Of a stretch of DNA of 64,000 nt, positions 52,405 through 62,005 are shown piece by piece. Origin of the DNA: an uncultured Candidatus Binatia bacterium (lineage in GTDB: Bacteria > Desulfobacterota > Binatia > Binatales > Binataceae); assembly GCA_964429575.1 (NCBI GenBank), contig CAYSCX010000006.1, positions 60,440 through 124,439 on the forward strand, in the 5' to 3' direction. The position numbers and the translations under genes were made by a program. The stretch's first letter is position 1, and every line of letters starts with the position of its first letter. Under the pieces are notes generated by a model. It made no database searches. It saw only the letters and a program-made list of their open reading frames with translations, and was not told the DNA's origin.

Positions 52405-52629
52405 GTTCAAATCCAATTCGCTCCGCCCCCGAGTCTCCGGTTTTGGAGATTCTCCGGTAACTCGATCGAAATTCGTGCGTTTGTGCGCGATTGCGGTCGC
52501 CTTCGGACAACGCAAGTCACCGGAGAACGCGAGCACACGACCGCGATTCGGCAATCTGCGAGATTTCTCTCTGTTGCGGATCCGCGCGGTGCCACGGGAC
52601 GATCAGTCGCATCGCGAATCAGCGGCGAA
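52405..52629 (+). repeat. tRNA 3'-end remnant plus ~200-bp repeat, copy C
   Basis: GTTCAAATCC-N6-CTCCGCCCCCGAGTCTCCG with the same spacing as 37005-37039. Confidence 0.88.
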
Positions 52630-52909
52630 ACAAACGATCTGTCCATCTTGATCTCCCTCGTTCGGCTGCGATCATCATGCGATGCAACGCAAACTCGCCC
52701 TGTCCCTGCTAGAAATCTCATCGGAGCCGAATTTTGAGCGGCTGCGAGGAATTGCTATCGAATCGATGCGCATGAGTGAATCGGACTGCAATCTAAACGT
52801 CAAAACGGTCGGTCCCTAATCGAGACCCGAACCCTTCGATACAGAGATCCTCAGCCGACGGGCGTCCGGGCCGCCGCGCAACCATTGGTGAGCAGGAATC
52901 TGGTACGCA

Positions 52910-53977
52910 TCACGCAGCGAGAGGTTGGTAGCGATGATGCAGGCCACCGACCCTGCGAGGCTGGATCGGGCGTGAGACCGGGCAATCCTTGTCGAGCGAC
53001 AGATGGGTGCGGGTGCGTCGGTAATAGTCGACGTACGAGAACAGGACGCGGCGCAGATGGCGCTCATTGAAGATCACGATGTGATCCGAACACTCGCGGC
53101 GAATCGAACCGATCACGCGCTCGACATAAGCGTTCTGCCAAGGCGAGCGCGGCGCAGTAACGACCTCCGTGATCCCCATCGCTTCGACTCGCTTGCAGAA
53201 GCACGAGCCATACGATGCGTCACGGTCGCGCACCAGATACCGGGGCGCCGTGTCCCACGGGAATGCTTCGGTTACCTGGCGCGAGAGCCAGGCTGCGGTC
53301 GGATGCTCGGTGACGGCTGTGCGCATGATCTTCCTGCGATCGTGGCCGAGGATGATCATCACGTAAAACAGCTGAAACGATGCGGAGGCCACAACGAACA
53401 GGTCGATGGCGGCGATGCCTTCGGCGTGATTGCGCAGGAAAGTCCGCGACTTCTGAGAAGGTGTTCCTCGCCTTCGCACCATGTACTTCGCGACGGTCGC
53501 TTGGCTGACCTCGATGCCGAGCTTGAGCAGCTCGCCATGGATTCTCGGTGCTCCCCATAACGGGTTGGCTGCGTTCATCTGCCGAATCAGATCGCGAATC
53601 TCGCGATCCACTGACGGCCGTCCGGATCTGGAGCGCCAACGCCAAAACAGGCGGAAGCCCTGGCGATGCCATTGGACGATGGTGGCGGGCTTGACCAACA
53701 CCATCGCGTTCAGACAGCGCGGCCACAATCTGTAGAGACAGACCCAGAGCAAGCGGTCGATCGCGAACAGCCGGGGCCGACCCGGCCGCTGGCGGCGAAG
53801 AACCTGCAGCTGGTGACGGAGCGCGAGGTTCTCTAGTTCCAAAACCGCCCGACGACGGAATCGGCGGGCAACCGCCGAGAGGACGGGTAGCTCGAGCTTA
53901 AGCATGCCGGCGACGCTACGGCGGCCCATCCCAACATTCTAGACTGTTCGCCGCGTTCGGAGTTTTTAGTAGGCACA
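52910..53977 (-). mobile_element. Insertion sequence with an integrase-core (DDE, rve) transposase, CDS ~53905 to 52910
   Basis: ENLALRHQL, NPLWGAPRIHGELLKLG, AIDLF, RDRD, PWQNAYVER, GGLHHRY; left end TGTGCCTACTAAAAAC at 53977. Confidence 0.9.
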
Positions 53978-53978
53978 G

Positions 53979-54434
53979 GTGGCTGATTACCGTCAGCGTG
54001 ACCACCAACCCGACCGCCGACTGGATTGCAGGACAAGTAACTGAAGCCTTCCCGTGGGAGGGAGCGCCTGGTCACTTGATCCGCGACCGCGACCGGTCAT
54101 TCGGCCACATATACACCCGGCGGGTTCGCGCGATGGGGATCCGCGATCATCCGACGGCACCACGCTGACCGTGGCAGAATGGCCACGTTGAGCGGCTCAT
54201 CGGATCGATTGGTCGGGAATGCCTCGACCACGTGATCGTGTTCGGCGAGGCGCATTTGCGCCGGGTCCTCAAGAGCTACGCTTCGTATTACAACGAAGTC
54301 CGGACCCCATCTCTGATTGGAGAAGGACGCGCCGAACTTCCGGCGCGCGCAGCCGGTCGGCAACATCGTAGCGCTGCCAGTGCTGGGCGGGCTGCATCAT
54401 CAATATGTACGGGTTTGAGTTTTCGGCAGCCACA
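53979..54434 (+). pseudogene. Truncated transposase of the same IS family
   Basis: EAFPWE..LIRDRD, in-frame TGA in R*PWQNGHVER, GGLHHQY, right end ttttcggcagccaca. Confidence 0.85.
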
Positions 54435-55147
54435 GCGCCGCCACTCGGCACACCGCGCTCGGATATCCATGGGAACTAGTTCGTGGTGTCTCCTCATTCT
54501 TTCTCGCCGTTGCGCAACTCGATGAAGTCGAGGATCAGCTGCTCAAATTCGTCGAGGCATCGCGTGAGACTCTCGAGTCCCGGCACTTTGGCGGAAGCAT
54601 CATTGATGATTCGACGAAGCCGCCGGACTGTCTTTGCGTTCAAGTGTCCTAAGGGCGGTTTCAATTTGACGCCGTGCGGCAAAAAGAGGCCGGTGTTGGA
54701 GCCGTGATTCGAAAGATTGGGGTGGACCGCCCTAGCTCTGGCGATTCGTCTCAATCGGGTTATCTCCGGTAGGTTCTGGTGAAACTATCCAGAAAATTGC
54801 GAGCAGCTTACAAGCGGAGCCGAAGCATGGGAGCGCTGACTTTCGGGCGCGGTCCTTGCAGCCCGGAAATGCGTTCGCGGCGCGAATTGACTGACGCGAT
54901 TGCCCCTTCGCTCTCCGTGGTGAGCGATAAACCCATCACGACTGTACAAGTAAGCGGAGAGCTTCGAGTGGCGATCGGTTTCTTGCAGCTCCGCGTAACC
55001 TGAAAGCCGGAGAAGCGACGGTTACGGCCAGTATGCTCCTGACCGGATCGTTGAGTGGCGCCGAGGCCACAAGACGTGACTCCCAAGTTTACGATTGTGG
55101 AGACGGCAAACGCCTCGAGCTGCGACCGTATCTCTGCAGGGGCATAG

Positions 55148-56647
55148 ATGCCAAGGCCGCACCCGGTGATACTGCCGCGCTCATGGCGGGCGGAAATCCT
55201 GACGCCGGTCGAATCACTCCAGCACGAACTGAAACATTTGCACGCCCTGGCCGAGCAGATCCTCAGCCACCGCCACGAGATTGTAGCCCAATGGCGCGAT
55301 TTGTACTGCGTTGGCGGCCTGGTCGGCACCCTAAAGAAAGATGATTTCTTCCATTTTCTCGCTGACGCGATTGCCCGCAATAAAGATGATCTGATCAGGA
55401 GCGATCTCCACAGTTATGTCGCAGACGTGCGCAGGCTGGGAAAGCTTCTGTTCAATAAAAAGGTATCGATGGCCGAAGCCGCCACCTTGAATCATCTCTT
55501 TCAAGGAAGCGTGTTGCGGGTCCTTCCAGGCGCTCTAACGCGGGGCGACGGTTGCCGCGCTTTTGAAACTCTGGGTCTGGTTCGTGGCAGCCTGATTTCT
55601 GAGAGCTATTCTTCCTGGCAGTTGGGCGACTTTGTCGACCCGGCGGAGCAGGATGAAGCAAAGCGCGCAACCGAACGGTTGGCAGATCCACGGGTCCCAA
55701 GGCTGGTCGGAAAAGGTCCGGCAATGCGCCGGCTCACTGATCAGATTTTGATGGTGGCCGCCCGCGGGGCCACGGTGCTGGTGGAAGGTGAAACGGGAAC
55801 CGGCAAAGAGTTGGCGGCCCGAGCGATCCACGAGTGCGGCCCGCACGCGGGAGGTCCGTTCGTCGCGGTAAATTGCGCGGCGATTTCCAGAGATCTCATC
55901 GAGAGCGAGCTGTTCGGCCATCGCAAAGGCGCGTTTAGCGGCGCCGACAACGATTACCCGGGACTGTTTCGCGCCGCCAGCGGGGGGACCCTGTTTTTGG
56001 ACGAGATCAGCGAGATGGCGCCGGAGTTTCAGAGCAAGCTGCTCAGGGCCATCCAGGAGCGGGCGGTCCGGCCGGTAGGGTCGCCGCACGAGCTGCAAGT
56101 CACGGCGCGTATCATTGCTTCTACCAACCGCGAGCCTGAAGAGGCGATCCGGGCCGGGCAACTCCGCCGGGATCTCTACTACAGATTGCAGGCCAGCGTC
56201 GTACGGGTTCCGCCGTTGCGTGTACATCCCGAAGATATACCGCTGCTGGTGGAGCATTTCATCGCGTTGACGAAGAGGACGGTCAGCCCGGCGGCTCGCG
56301 AAATTGGCCTTGAACCCGACGCTTTGGGAGCGTTGATGCGCTATGCATGGCCGGGAAACATCCGCGAGCTTGCCAACGCGATCGAAGGCGCCTGTACTTT
56401 CGGCCGCAGCCCGGCAATCTGCCGCAAGGATCTGCCGGCTGCGATTGCGACTCGGAATTCGGCAGAGAACGAAGATTTAACCCTGGCAGTTCCGGGAGTT
56501 ACCAGTCTCCATGGTGGCGAGGAACATCTGATTCGACTGGCCTTGATGGCGACGCACGGTAACAAAGCCCGCGCGGCTATACGGCTGCAGATTTCGCGCA
56601 AGACACTGTACGCAAAGATCACCAGGTACGGCCTGCGCGATTTCTGA
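55148..56647 (+). CDS. Sigma54-dependent Fis-family activator with an RsbRD-N-like helical input domain
   Basis: GETGTGKE, ESELFGH, GAFSGA, LFLDEI, RRDLYYRL, WPGNIREL, C-terminal HTH; no receiver domain. Confidence 0.92.
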   Translation: MPRPHPVILPRSWRAEILTPVESLQHELKHLHALAEQILSHRHEIVAQWRDLYCVGGLVGTLKKDDFFHFLADAIARNKDDLIRSDLHSYVADVRRLGKLLFNKKVSMAEAATLNHLFQGSVLRVLPGALTRGDGCRAFETLGLVRGSLISESYSSWQLGDFVDPAEQDEAKRATERLADPRVPRLVGKGPAMRRLTDQILMVAARGATVLVEGETGTGKELAARAIHECGPHAGGPFVAVNCAAISRDLIESELFGHRKGAFSGADNDYPGLFRAASGGTLFLDEISEMAPEFQSKLLRAIQERAVRPVGSPHELQVTARIIASTNREPEEAIRAGQLRRDLYYRLQASVVRVPPLRVHPEDIPLLVEHFIALTKRTVSPAAREIGLEPDALGALMRYAWPGNIRELANAIEGACTFGRSPAICRKDLPAAIATRNSAENEDLTLAVPGVTSLHGGEEHLIRLALMATHGNKARAAIRLQISRKTLYAKITRYGLRDF

Positions 56648-56790
56648 AGCAAACTGTGCGCGCCGCTCGGGTCACCCCAACTACAAGCGGCGGCCTGCAC
56701 AGCAATCGTTCAAGCGTCATTTGTCAATCCATCAGGGGTCGCGGTCGTCGGGCTCTTCTGAGCGCGCAGCGATCCGGTCTCGGACGATGA

Positions 56791-56850
56791 GTGTGGTTTG
56801 GTAACGCTTCGGCCAGCAGCCTGCAGAAAACCTGTTACGAAACTCCACAC
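56791..56850. promoter_or_regulatory. Candidate upstream activator sequence (inverted repeat)
   Basis: gtgtggtttggtaac ... gttacgaaactccacac, ~155-210 nt upstream of the -24 element. Confidence 0.5.
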
Positions 56851-57001
56851 CCTCTGCGCGATATCACGTCACGTTAAGCAAGACACTGGCGCCATGAGTG
56901 ACAGGTCATTGGGGCGGGTCTGCCGCGGCGCTGTCCGAGCGAACTGAACAGGGAGATTCGATCATCAAAGCACGGCTACGCGAAATCGGCGTGCGCAGCA
57001 C

Positions 57002-57018
57002 TCGGCATGTAACCTGCT
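57002..57018 (+). promoter_or_regulatory. Sigma54 -24/-12 promoter of the gvp operon
   Basis: tcGGcatgtaacctGCt: GG-N10-GC, 76 nt before the gvpA ATG. Confidence 0.7.
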
Positions 57019-57093
57019 TTAGGCTCATCTTGACTGAATGCTTCTGCGCTCGCGGCGTCGATTCGCGCGAGGTCAGAGAAAGGAGAAACCGGA

Positions 57094-57312
57094 ATGGCAA
57101 GAGTTCAGAAATCGACGGATTCGTCCAGCCTCGCTGAGGTTGTGGACCGGATCCTCGACAAAGGCATCGTGATCGATGCGTGGGTGAAGGTGTCGCTCGT
57201 CGGCATTGAGCTGCTGTCGATCGAGGCTCGGGTGGTGATCGCGTCGGTCGAGACCTATCTGAAGTACGCCGAGGCGGTCGGATTGACGGCTACCGCGGCA
57301 AGCCCGGCCTAA
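57094..57312 (+). CDS. gvpA: Major gas vesicle structural protein
   Basis: [46 protein letters not shown]. Confidence 0.98.
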   Translation: MARVQKSTDSSSLAEVVDRILDKGIVIDAWVKVSLVGIELLSIEARVVIASVETYLKYAEAVGLTATAASPA

Positions 57313-57334
57313 CGGCCAGTGCAACCGAAGATAT

Positions 57335-57362
57335 GCCGGAGGGGCCGGAACGCCTCTCCGGC
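57335..57362 (+). other. Stem-loop after gvpA, probably mRNA-stabilising or attenuating
   Basis: gccggagggg/cctctccggc hairpin without a T run. Confidence 0.55.
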
Positions 57363-57407
57363 AACATCTTCGCGCCGGACCATAGGCGAATTGAAAGGAG
57401 ACCAGTG

Positions 57408-57698
57408 ATGTCCTTTGCAGAAGATATGCTCAACCTACGGCATGAAATAGACAGCTTGCATTCTGCGCGCATGGGGATGGTGCATCGACTCAGGCGGTTC
57501 CGCACGGATCTCAGGAAGAGCATGGCGCGAAACATGGCCGATATGCACAAGGCGTTTAACAGGGAGTGCGCACGAGCCAGGGCCGCGCGCAACACCTTCA
57601 CCTCCGGCAACCGCGAGATGGTTGAAGAGATGGTGGGTGCCTTTAACGCGGAGCGCGCCGCCGCACATCGCCACTTCTTCCGCGGTAAGCGCGCATGA
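57408..57698 (+). CDS. gvpC: GvpC-like helical protein
   Basis: Amphipathic helical ORF with AAAGGAG RBS, between gvpA and gvpN. Confidence 0.6.
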   Translation: MSFAEDMLNLRHEIDSLHSARMGMVHRLRRFRTDLRKSMARNMADMHKAFNRECARARAARNTFTSGNREMVEEMVGAFNAERAAAHRHFFRGKRA

Positions 57699-58768
57699 AG
57701 GCTTCGCACGGGCTCAACGGATCCAGATCGGTTACGCCGATGCAGCCGCGCTCCGCCGAGAACGCCGGCCTGTACGACGAAGGCATTGCAGGACTCGAGG
57801 AAGTGAGCAGCGCGGTTGACGGCGTGAGCGGGCCGGCGGCCTTTGTGCCGGAGGCGAGCGCTGGGTTCGTTTCGAGCCCATACCTCGAGCGCCTCACGCA
57901 GCGCGCATTGACCTACTTGCAGATCGGCTACCCGGTTCATCTGGCTGGGTTCGCGGGCACCGGCAAGACCACCATGGCCTTCCACATTGCGGCCCAGATC
58001 GGCCGTCCGGTCATCCTCATCCATGGTGACGACGAGTTCGCCGGTTCGGATCTGATCGGCAGGGACGTCGGCTACCGCAAGTCGAAGTTCATCGACAACT
58101 ACATCCACTCGGTGCTCCGGGCTGAAGAGAACATGCGCGTGCTGTGGATGGAAAACCGGCTTACCACCGCCTGCCGCGACGGCTACACGCTCATCTACGA
58201 CGAGTTCAACCGCTCGCGGCCCGAGGCGAATAACGTGCTGTTGAGCGTGCTGGAGGAGAAGATGCTGAGCGTGCCGGCGCTGGGCAAAGTGCAGGGCGGC
58301 TATCTGGAGGTCCATCCAGAGTTCCGGGCGATCTTTACCTCCAACCCTGAAGAGTACGCTGGAGCCCACAGCACGCCCGATGCGCTGCTGGATCGGCTGA
58401 TCACCATGGACCTCGGGCACTATGACCGTGAGACCGAGATCAGGATCGCGATGGCGCGGTCGGGAATTACGCAGCGCGACTCGGAGATCGTCGTCGACGT
58501 GGTGCGAGAGCTGCGCGAGGTCGGCGTGAACAACCATCGGCCCACGGTCCGCGCGTGCATCGCCATCGCCAGCATTCTCGCCCATCGCGGCGCTCACGCG
58601 CGCCTCGACGATGAAGCTTTCCAATGGGCCTGCCGCGACGTGCTCAACGTTGAGACCGCCAAGGTGAAACGGGGCGGCCAGTCCCTGATGCCGCACAAGA
58701 TCGACGAGGCAATGCGCCGGGTGTGCGGGGGAAGCCGCAAGCGCGGGAAAAAACCGGCAACGAGGTAA
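57695..58768 (+). CDS. gvpN: Gas vesicle AAA+ ATPase
   Basis: GFAGTGKT, YDEFNRSRPEANN, FTSNPEEYAG, DALLDR. Confidence 0.97.
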   Translation: MKASHGLNGSRSVTPMQPRSAENAGLYDEGIAGLEEVSSAVDGVSGPAAFVPEASAGFVSSPYLERLTQRALTYLQIGYPVHLAGFAGTGKTTMAFHIAAQIGRPVILIHGDDEFAGSDLIGRDVGYRKSKFIDNYIHSVLRAEENMRVLWMENRLTTACRDGYTLIYDEFNRSRPEANNVLLSVLEEKMLSVPALGKVQGGYLEVHPEFRAIFTSNPEEYAGAHSTPDALLDRLITMDLGHYDRETEIRIAMARSGITQRDSEIVVDVVRELREVGVNNHRPTVRACIAIASILAHRGAHARLDDEAFQWACRDVLNVETAKVKRGGQSLMPHKIDEAMRRVCGGSRKRGKKPATR

Positions 58769-58773
58769 CGGCA

Positions 58774-59100
58774 ATGCATACACGAAACGGGCATTTGCGA
58801 GGCCTCGCCGATGTGCGGACGCTGTCCGGGCTCAACGCCCAGGAGGTCGTCCCGCACACCGCCTACATGAAGATCTCCTCGCTCGAGCTCGAGAAATTGC
58901 GTCTGGGCCGGGTCAGAAAGAGCGCGCTGGCACACATCGCCGGGATCGACGCGCGCTACAAGGACATCAACGCGGAAAAGGCCAAGCTGTTGGGGGCGAT
59001 GGCCGCTGCGCCGGCGGCCGCGCCGCAACCTTCGCATCCGGCTCGGCGCGCCCGGGGTTTCACGACGCACCGAAGCAGTGGACTTTCGCTGAGGTACTAG
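58774..59100 (+). CDS. GvpV-like accessory protein
   Basis: RGLADVRT, YMKISSLELEKLR coiled coil; directly after gvpN. Confidence 0.6.
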   Translation: MHTRNGHLRGLADVRTLSGLNAQEVVPHTAYMKISSLELEKLRLGRVRKSALAHIAGIDARYKDINAEKAKLLGAMAAAPAAAPQPSHPARRARGFTTHRSSGLSLRY

Positions 59101-59257
59101 CAGGGTGTTGAGAAACCCAGAACATGGCGCGACGGATGCGCAGGCGCGCTCAACACCCTGCGTGAAAGCCGGCTGCCGTCCGAATCTTCTCCCCCTCTGG
59201 GGGAGACGCGAGAGAGGGAGCAGGCGGTTGAAAATGACGTTTTCAACAGCCTGCTAG
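59097..59257. mobile_element. MITE-like element copy 3, inside the gvp operon
   Basis: ctagCAGGGTGTTGAGAAA...TTTTCAACAGCCTGctag; reverse-complement similarity to copy 1. Confidence 0.78.
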
Positions 59258-59264
59258 GAGTCAA

Positions 59265-59504
59265 ATGAAAATCAATTGCCTATCGTGCGGCCATAACATC
59301 GACCTCGACGACGCATACGCGGATCACTACGAGGGCGAGATCAAGTGTTACGGCTGCGACGCCACGGTCGAGATTCGCACCGAACAGAGCGCTATACGAT
59401 TCGTGCGCCTGCTGGATCGATCCGCGGGCCGGGTGCGGGTCGATCCGCTGTTGTATAGCGGGGATGTGGGGCATGAGGCACCAGCCAGTAACCGGGCCAA
59501 GTGA
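59265..59504 (+). CDS. Small zinc-ribbon protein
   Basis: CLSC...CYGC; AGGAG RBS. Confidence 0.7.
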   Translation: MKINCLSCGHNIDLDDAYADHYEGEIKCYGCDATVEIRTEQSAIRFVRLLDRSAGRVRVDPLLYSGDVGHEAPASNRAK

Positions 59505-60264
59505 GGCGAGAGCGGCCGCCCCCAACGCCGGTAAGTACATCTATGCGATCGTTGGCGCGCGGGGCGGGCAGAACTTCGACTTTGTCGGCATAAATGGCCG
59601 GCCGGTCGAGACCATCGGGCGCAACGGCGTCGCGTCGGTCGTCAGCGACCTGGCGGTCGAGCGGATTCGGCCCGAGCGGCGCCATCTCGCCGCGCATCGC
59701 GCGGTTCTGAGCAGGCTGATCGAGCGGGAGGACGGGGTGCTGCCGATGCGCTTCGGAGCGATCGCTTCGGGGCCGGCGGAAATCACCCGGCTGCTGGCGC
59801 GCAACCGCGAACTGTTCGCCCGCCAGCTCCGCCGCGTGGCCGGCAAAATGGAGATGGGACTGCGCGTGGTGTGGGACGTGCCCAACATTTTTCAATACTT
59901 CTTGAGTATTCATCCCGAGCTGCGCGAGATCCGCGACAGACTGTTCGGGGGCTCCGCCGGGCCATCGCAGGGAGAGCGCATCGAGCTGGGCCGCACGATC
60001 GAGCGGCTGCTCAATGAAGAGCGCCTGGCTCATACCGGGGCGGTCGAAAAGGTGCTGGCTCCGTGTTGTGCCGAAATCAGGCGCAACCCCGCGCGCCACG
60101 AAAAGGACATCATGAACCTCGCGTGCCTGGTCGTGAAGGAGCGGCGCGGGGACTTCGAAAATGGAGTACTCGAGGCGGCCCAGGGCTTCGATAACAACTT
60201 CACCTTCGATTACAACGGGCCGTGGGCGCCGCATGCGTTCGCGGAGATCAATCTCAAGGAGTGA
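59473..60264 (+). CDS. gvpF: GvpL/GvpF family protein
   Basis: YIYAI, HLAAHRAVL, VLPMRFG, NLACLV, GPWAPHAF. Confidence 0.9.
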   Translation: MRHQPVTGPSEARAAAPNAGKYIYAIVGARGGQNFDFVGINGRPVETIGRNGVASVVSDLAVERIRPERRHLAAHRAVLSRLIEREDGVLPMRFGAIASGPAEITRLLARNRELFARQLRRVAGKMEMGLRVVWDVPNIFQYFLSIHPELREIRDRLFGGSAGPSQGERIELGRTIERLLNEERLAHTGAVEKVLAPCCAEIRRNPARHEKDIMNLACLVVKERRGDFENGVLEAAQGFDNNFTFDYNGPWAPHAFAEINLKE

Positions 60265-60270
60265 GCCACG

Positions 60271-60540
60271 ATGCTGCTGATCGACGATTTGCTCCTCGCG
60301 CCCGGCACCTTTTTAATCTGGATCCTGCGCCAGGTGCACGAGGCCGCGGAGCAGGAAATGGACCAGGAGGCCGAGCGAATCACCGCCGAGCTCGGAGAGC
60401 TGCATGGGCGCCTGGAGTCGGGCGCGATCAGCGAGCAGGAGTTCGAGGCCCGCGAGGGCGAACTGCTCGATCGGCTCGACGAACTCAATGCGCGCGGCGA
60501 GTCCGACGGCGAGTCGGACCCGGATGATAACGCTACCTGA
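60271..60540 (+). CDS. gvpG: Gas vesicle protein G
   Basis: MLLIDDLLLAP, LESGAISEQEFEAREGELLDRL. Confidence 0.92.
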   Translation: MLLIDDLLLAPGTFLIWILRQVHEAAEQEMDQEAERITAELGELHGRLESGAISEQEFEAREGELLDRLDELNARGESDGESDPDDNAT

Positions 60541-60558
60541 GCGAAGCGGGGAGGGGCG

Positions 60559-60753
60559 ATGGAAAGCATTTCGATGCGTGACGGCGAGCGCGTTTCGCTA
60601 TGTGAGACGCTGGATCGGGTGCTCAACAAAGGCGCGGTGGTCGCCGGCGAAGTGACTATTTCAGTCGCCGACGTCGACCTCATCTACCTCGGGCTGCAAC
60701 TGATGATTAGCTCAGTCGAGACCGTTCGCCTCAGTCGAGACCGCTCGCAATGA
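60559..60753 (+). CDS. gvpS: GvpA-family minor protein, GvpS-like
   Basis: SLCETLDRVLNKGAVVAGEVTISVADVDL. Confidence 0.75.
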   Translation: MESISMRDGERVSLCETLDRVLNKGAVVAGEVTISVADVDLIYLGLQLMISSVETVRLSRDRSQ

Positions 60754-61127
60754 GTAGTCAGTTCCGCGCCGCGGCGCAGCCCCGATCGCCCGAGCCGGAA
60801 CCATGGCCCGCGTCCTGGCTGGAGGCGCCCGATCCCCGGCAGGCCGATCCGAGCGGTCGGCAGGAGCGGCGGATCAATATCAACAGCGAAGACCTCAAGA
60901 ACGGGCTCGCGCAACTCGTCCTGACGATCGTCAAGCTGCTGCATGAACTCCTGGAGAAGCAGGCGATCCGGCGAATCGAGTCGGGCCGGCTGCGCGCGGC
61001 CGATTGCGAGCGGATTGGGTTTACCTTGATGAAACAGACCGAACAGATCGAAAAGCTCCGGGAGGCCTTCGGGCTGTCGGAGGAGGATCTCAACCTGGAT
61101 CTGGGGCCGCTGGGGAAGCTGCTCTAG
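60750..61127 (+). CDS. gvpK: Gas vesicle protein K
   Basis: GLAQLVLTIVKLLHELLEKQAIRR, DLNLDLGPLGKL. Confidence 0.95.
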   Translation: MSSQFRAAAQPRSPEPEPWPASWLEAPDPRQADPSGRQERRININSEDLKNGLAQLVLTIVKLLHELLEKQAIRRIESGRLRAADCERIGFTLMKQTEQIEKLREAFGLSEEDLNLDLGPLGKLL

Positions 61128-61139
61128 CTGTTGGGCGCC

Positions 61140-61451
61140 ATGGCATCCCCAACCATACAGCATGCGGTCGCCTCGACCACGCTGGCCGATCTTCTCGAGC
61201 GCATACTCGACAAGGGAATCGTCATCGCCGGCGACATCAAGATCAAGCTCGTGGAAGTCGAACTGCTCAGCATCCAGATCCGGCTGGTGGTGTGTTCGGT
61301 GGAGAAGGCCAAGGAGATCGGCCTCGATTGGTGGAACCACAAGGCGCTGGGTTGGCTCGAGGACGACCGCCGTCTCCTGGGGGCGCCGCTGGAGGGCTTC
61401 GAGGAGCGGCTGGCGAAGCTGGAAAGCGAGTTGGCGCAGCGGCGTCCGTAA
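61140..61451 (+). CDS. gvpJ: GvpA-family minor protein, GvpJ-like
   Basis: [32 protein letters not shown]. Confidence 0.85.
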   Translation: MASPTIQHAVASTTLADLLERILDKGIVIAGDIKIKLVEVELLSIQIRLVVCSVEKAKEIGLDWWNHKALGWLEDDRRLLGAPLEGFEERLAKLESELAQRRP

Positions 61452-61483
61452 GCGCCAGGAAACGGCCATAGGGGGCTACAGCG

Positions 61484-62005
61484 ATGGGCGAGAAGGAAAG
61501 AAGGCGAAGTACCGACCGGCACGATCCCGCACCCGGCGCCGGCTTCATCAAGGGACTGACCGACCTGGTCGAAAAACTGGGCGAGCTCGCGGAAACCGGC
61601 CGCGAGCTGCGCAAGAGCGGGGAACTCAGCAGTTCCGACGACAAGATGAAGGCGGTCTACGGATTGCGGGTCAAGCTGGGCCTGGGCGGCGACGCGGTCG
61701 AGGTTGAGCCCTTTGGCGATCTCAAATTCGACAAGCGATCGAAGCATCCGGTAGTTCAAGAGGTTCGTGAACCGCTGGTGGACGTGATTGAGGAGCCCAA
61801 TCGGATCCTCGTCATCGCCGAAATGCCGGGCGTCACGGCAGAGGATGTCTCACTGGCGATCGACGACGACGTTATGACTATCGAAGCGCAGGGCAAGGGA
61901 AAGAAGTATCGCAAGGAAGTATTGTTGCCCAAGCCGGTCTCGAAGCAGAACAGCTCGATTTCCTGCAACAACGGCATCGTCCAGATCGAGTGCCGACTCA
62001 AGTGA
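61484..62005 (+). CDS. gvpH: Hsp20/alpha-crystallin protein, GvpH-like
   Basis: REPLVDV, AEMPGV, YRKEVLLP, NNGIVQI. Confidence 0.8.
   Translation: MGEKERRRSTDRHDPAPGAGFIKGLTDLVEKLGELAETGRELRKSGELSSSDDKMKAVYGLRVKLGLGGDAVEVEPFGDLKFDKRSKHPVVQEVREPLVDVIEEPNRILVIAEMPGVTAEDVSLAIDDDVMTIEAQGKGKKYRKEVLLPKPVSKQNSSISCNNGIVQIECRLK

Noticed and set aside
52405-52427. Second tRNA gene
   Set aside because: Only T-loop and acceptor-end remnants; no D or anticodon arm
52910-53929. Island integrase
   Set aside because: It is a DDE integrase-core transposase, not a tyrosine or serine site-specific recombinase
54494-54754. 86-aa minus-strand ORF beside the IS fragment
   Set aside because: Plausible helical C-terminus but no recognisable family or convincing start
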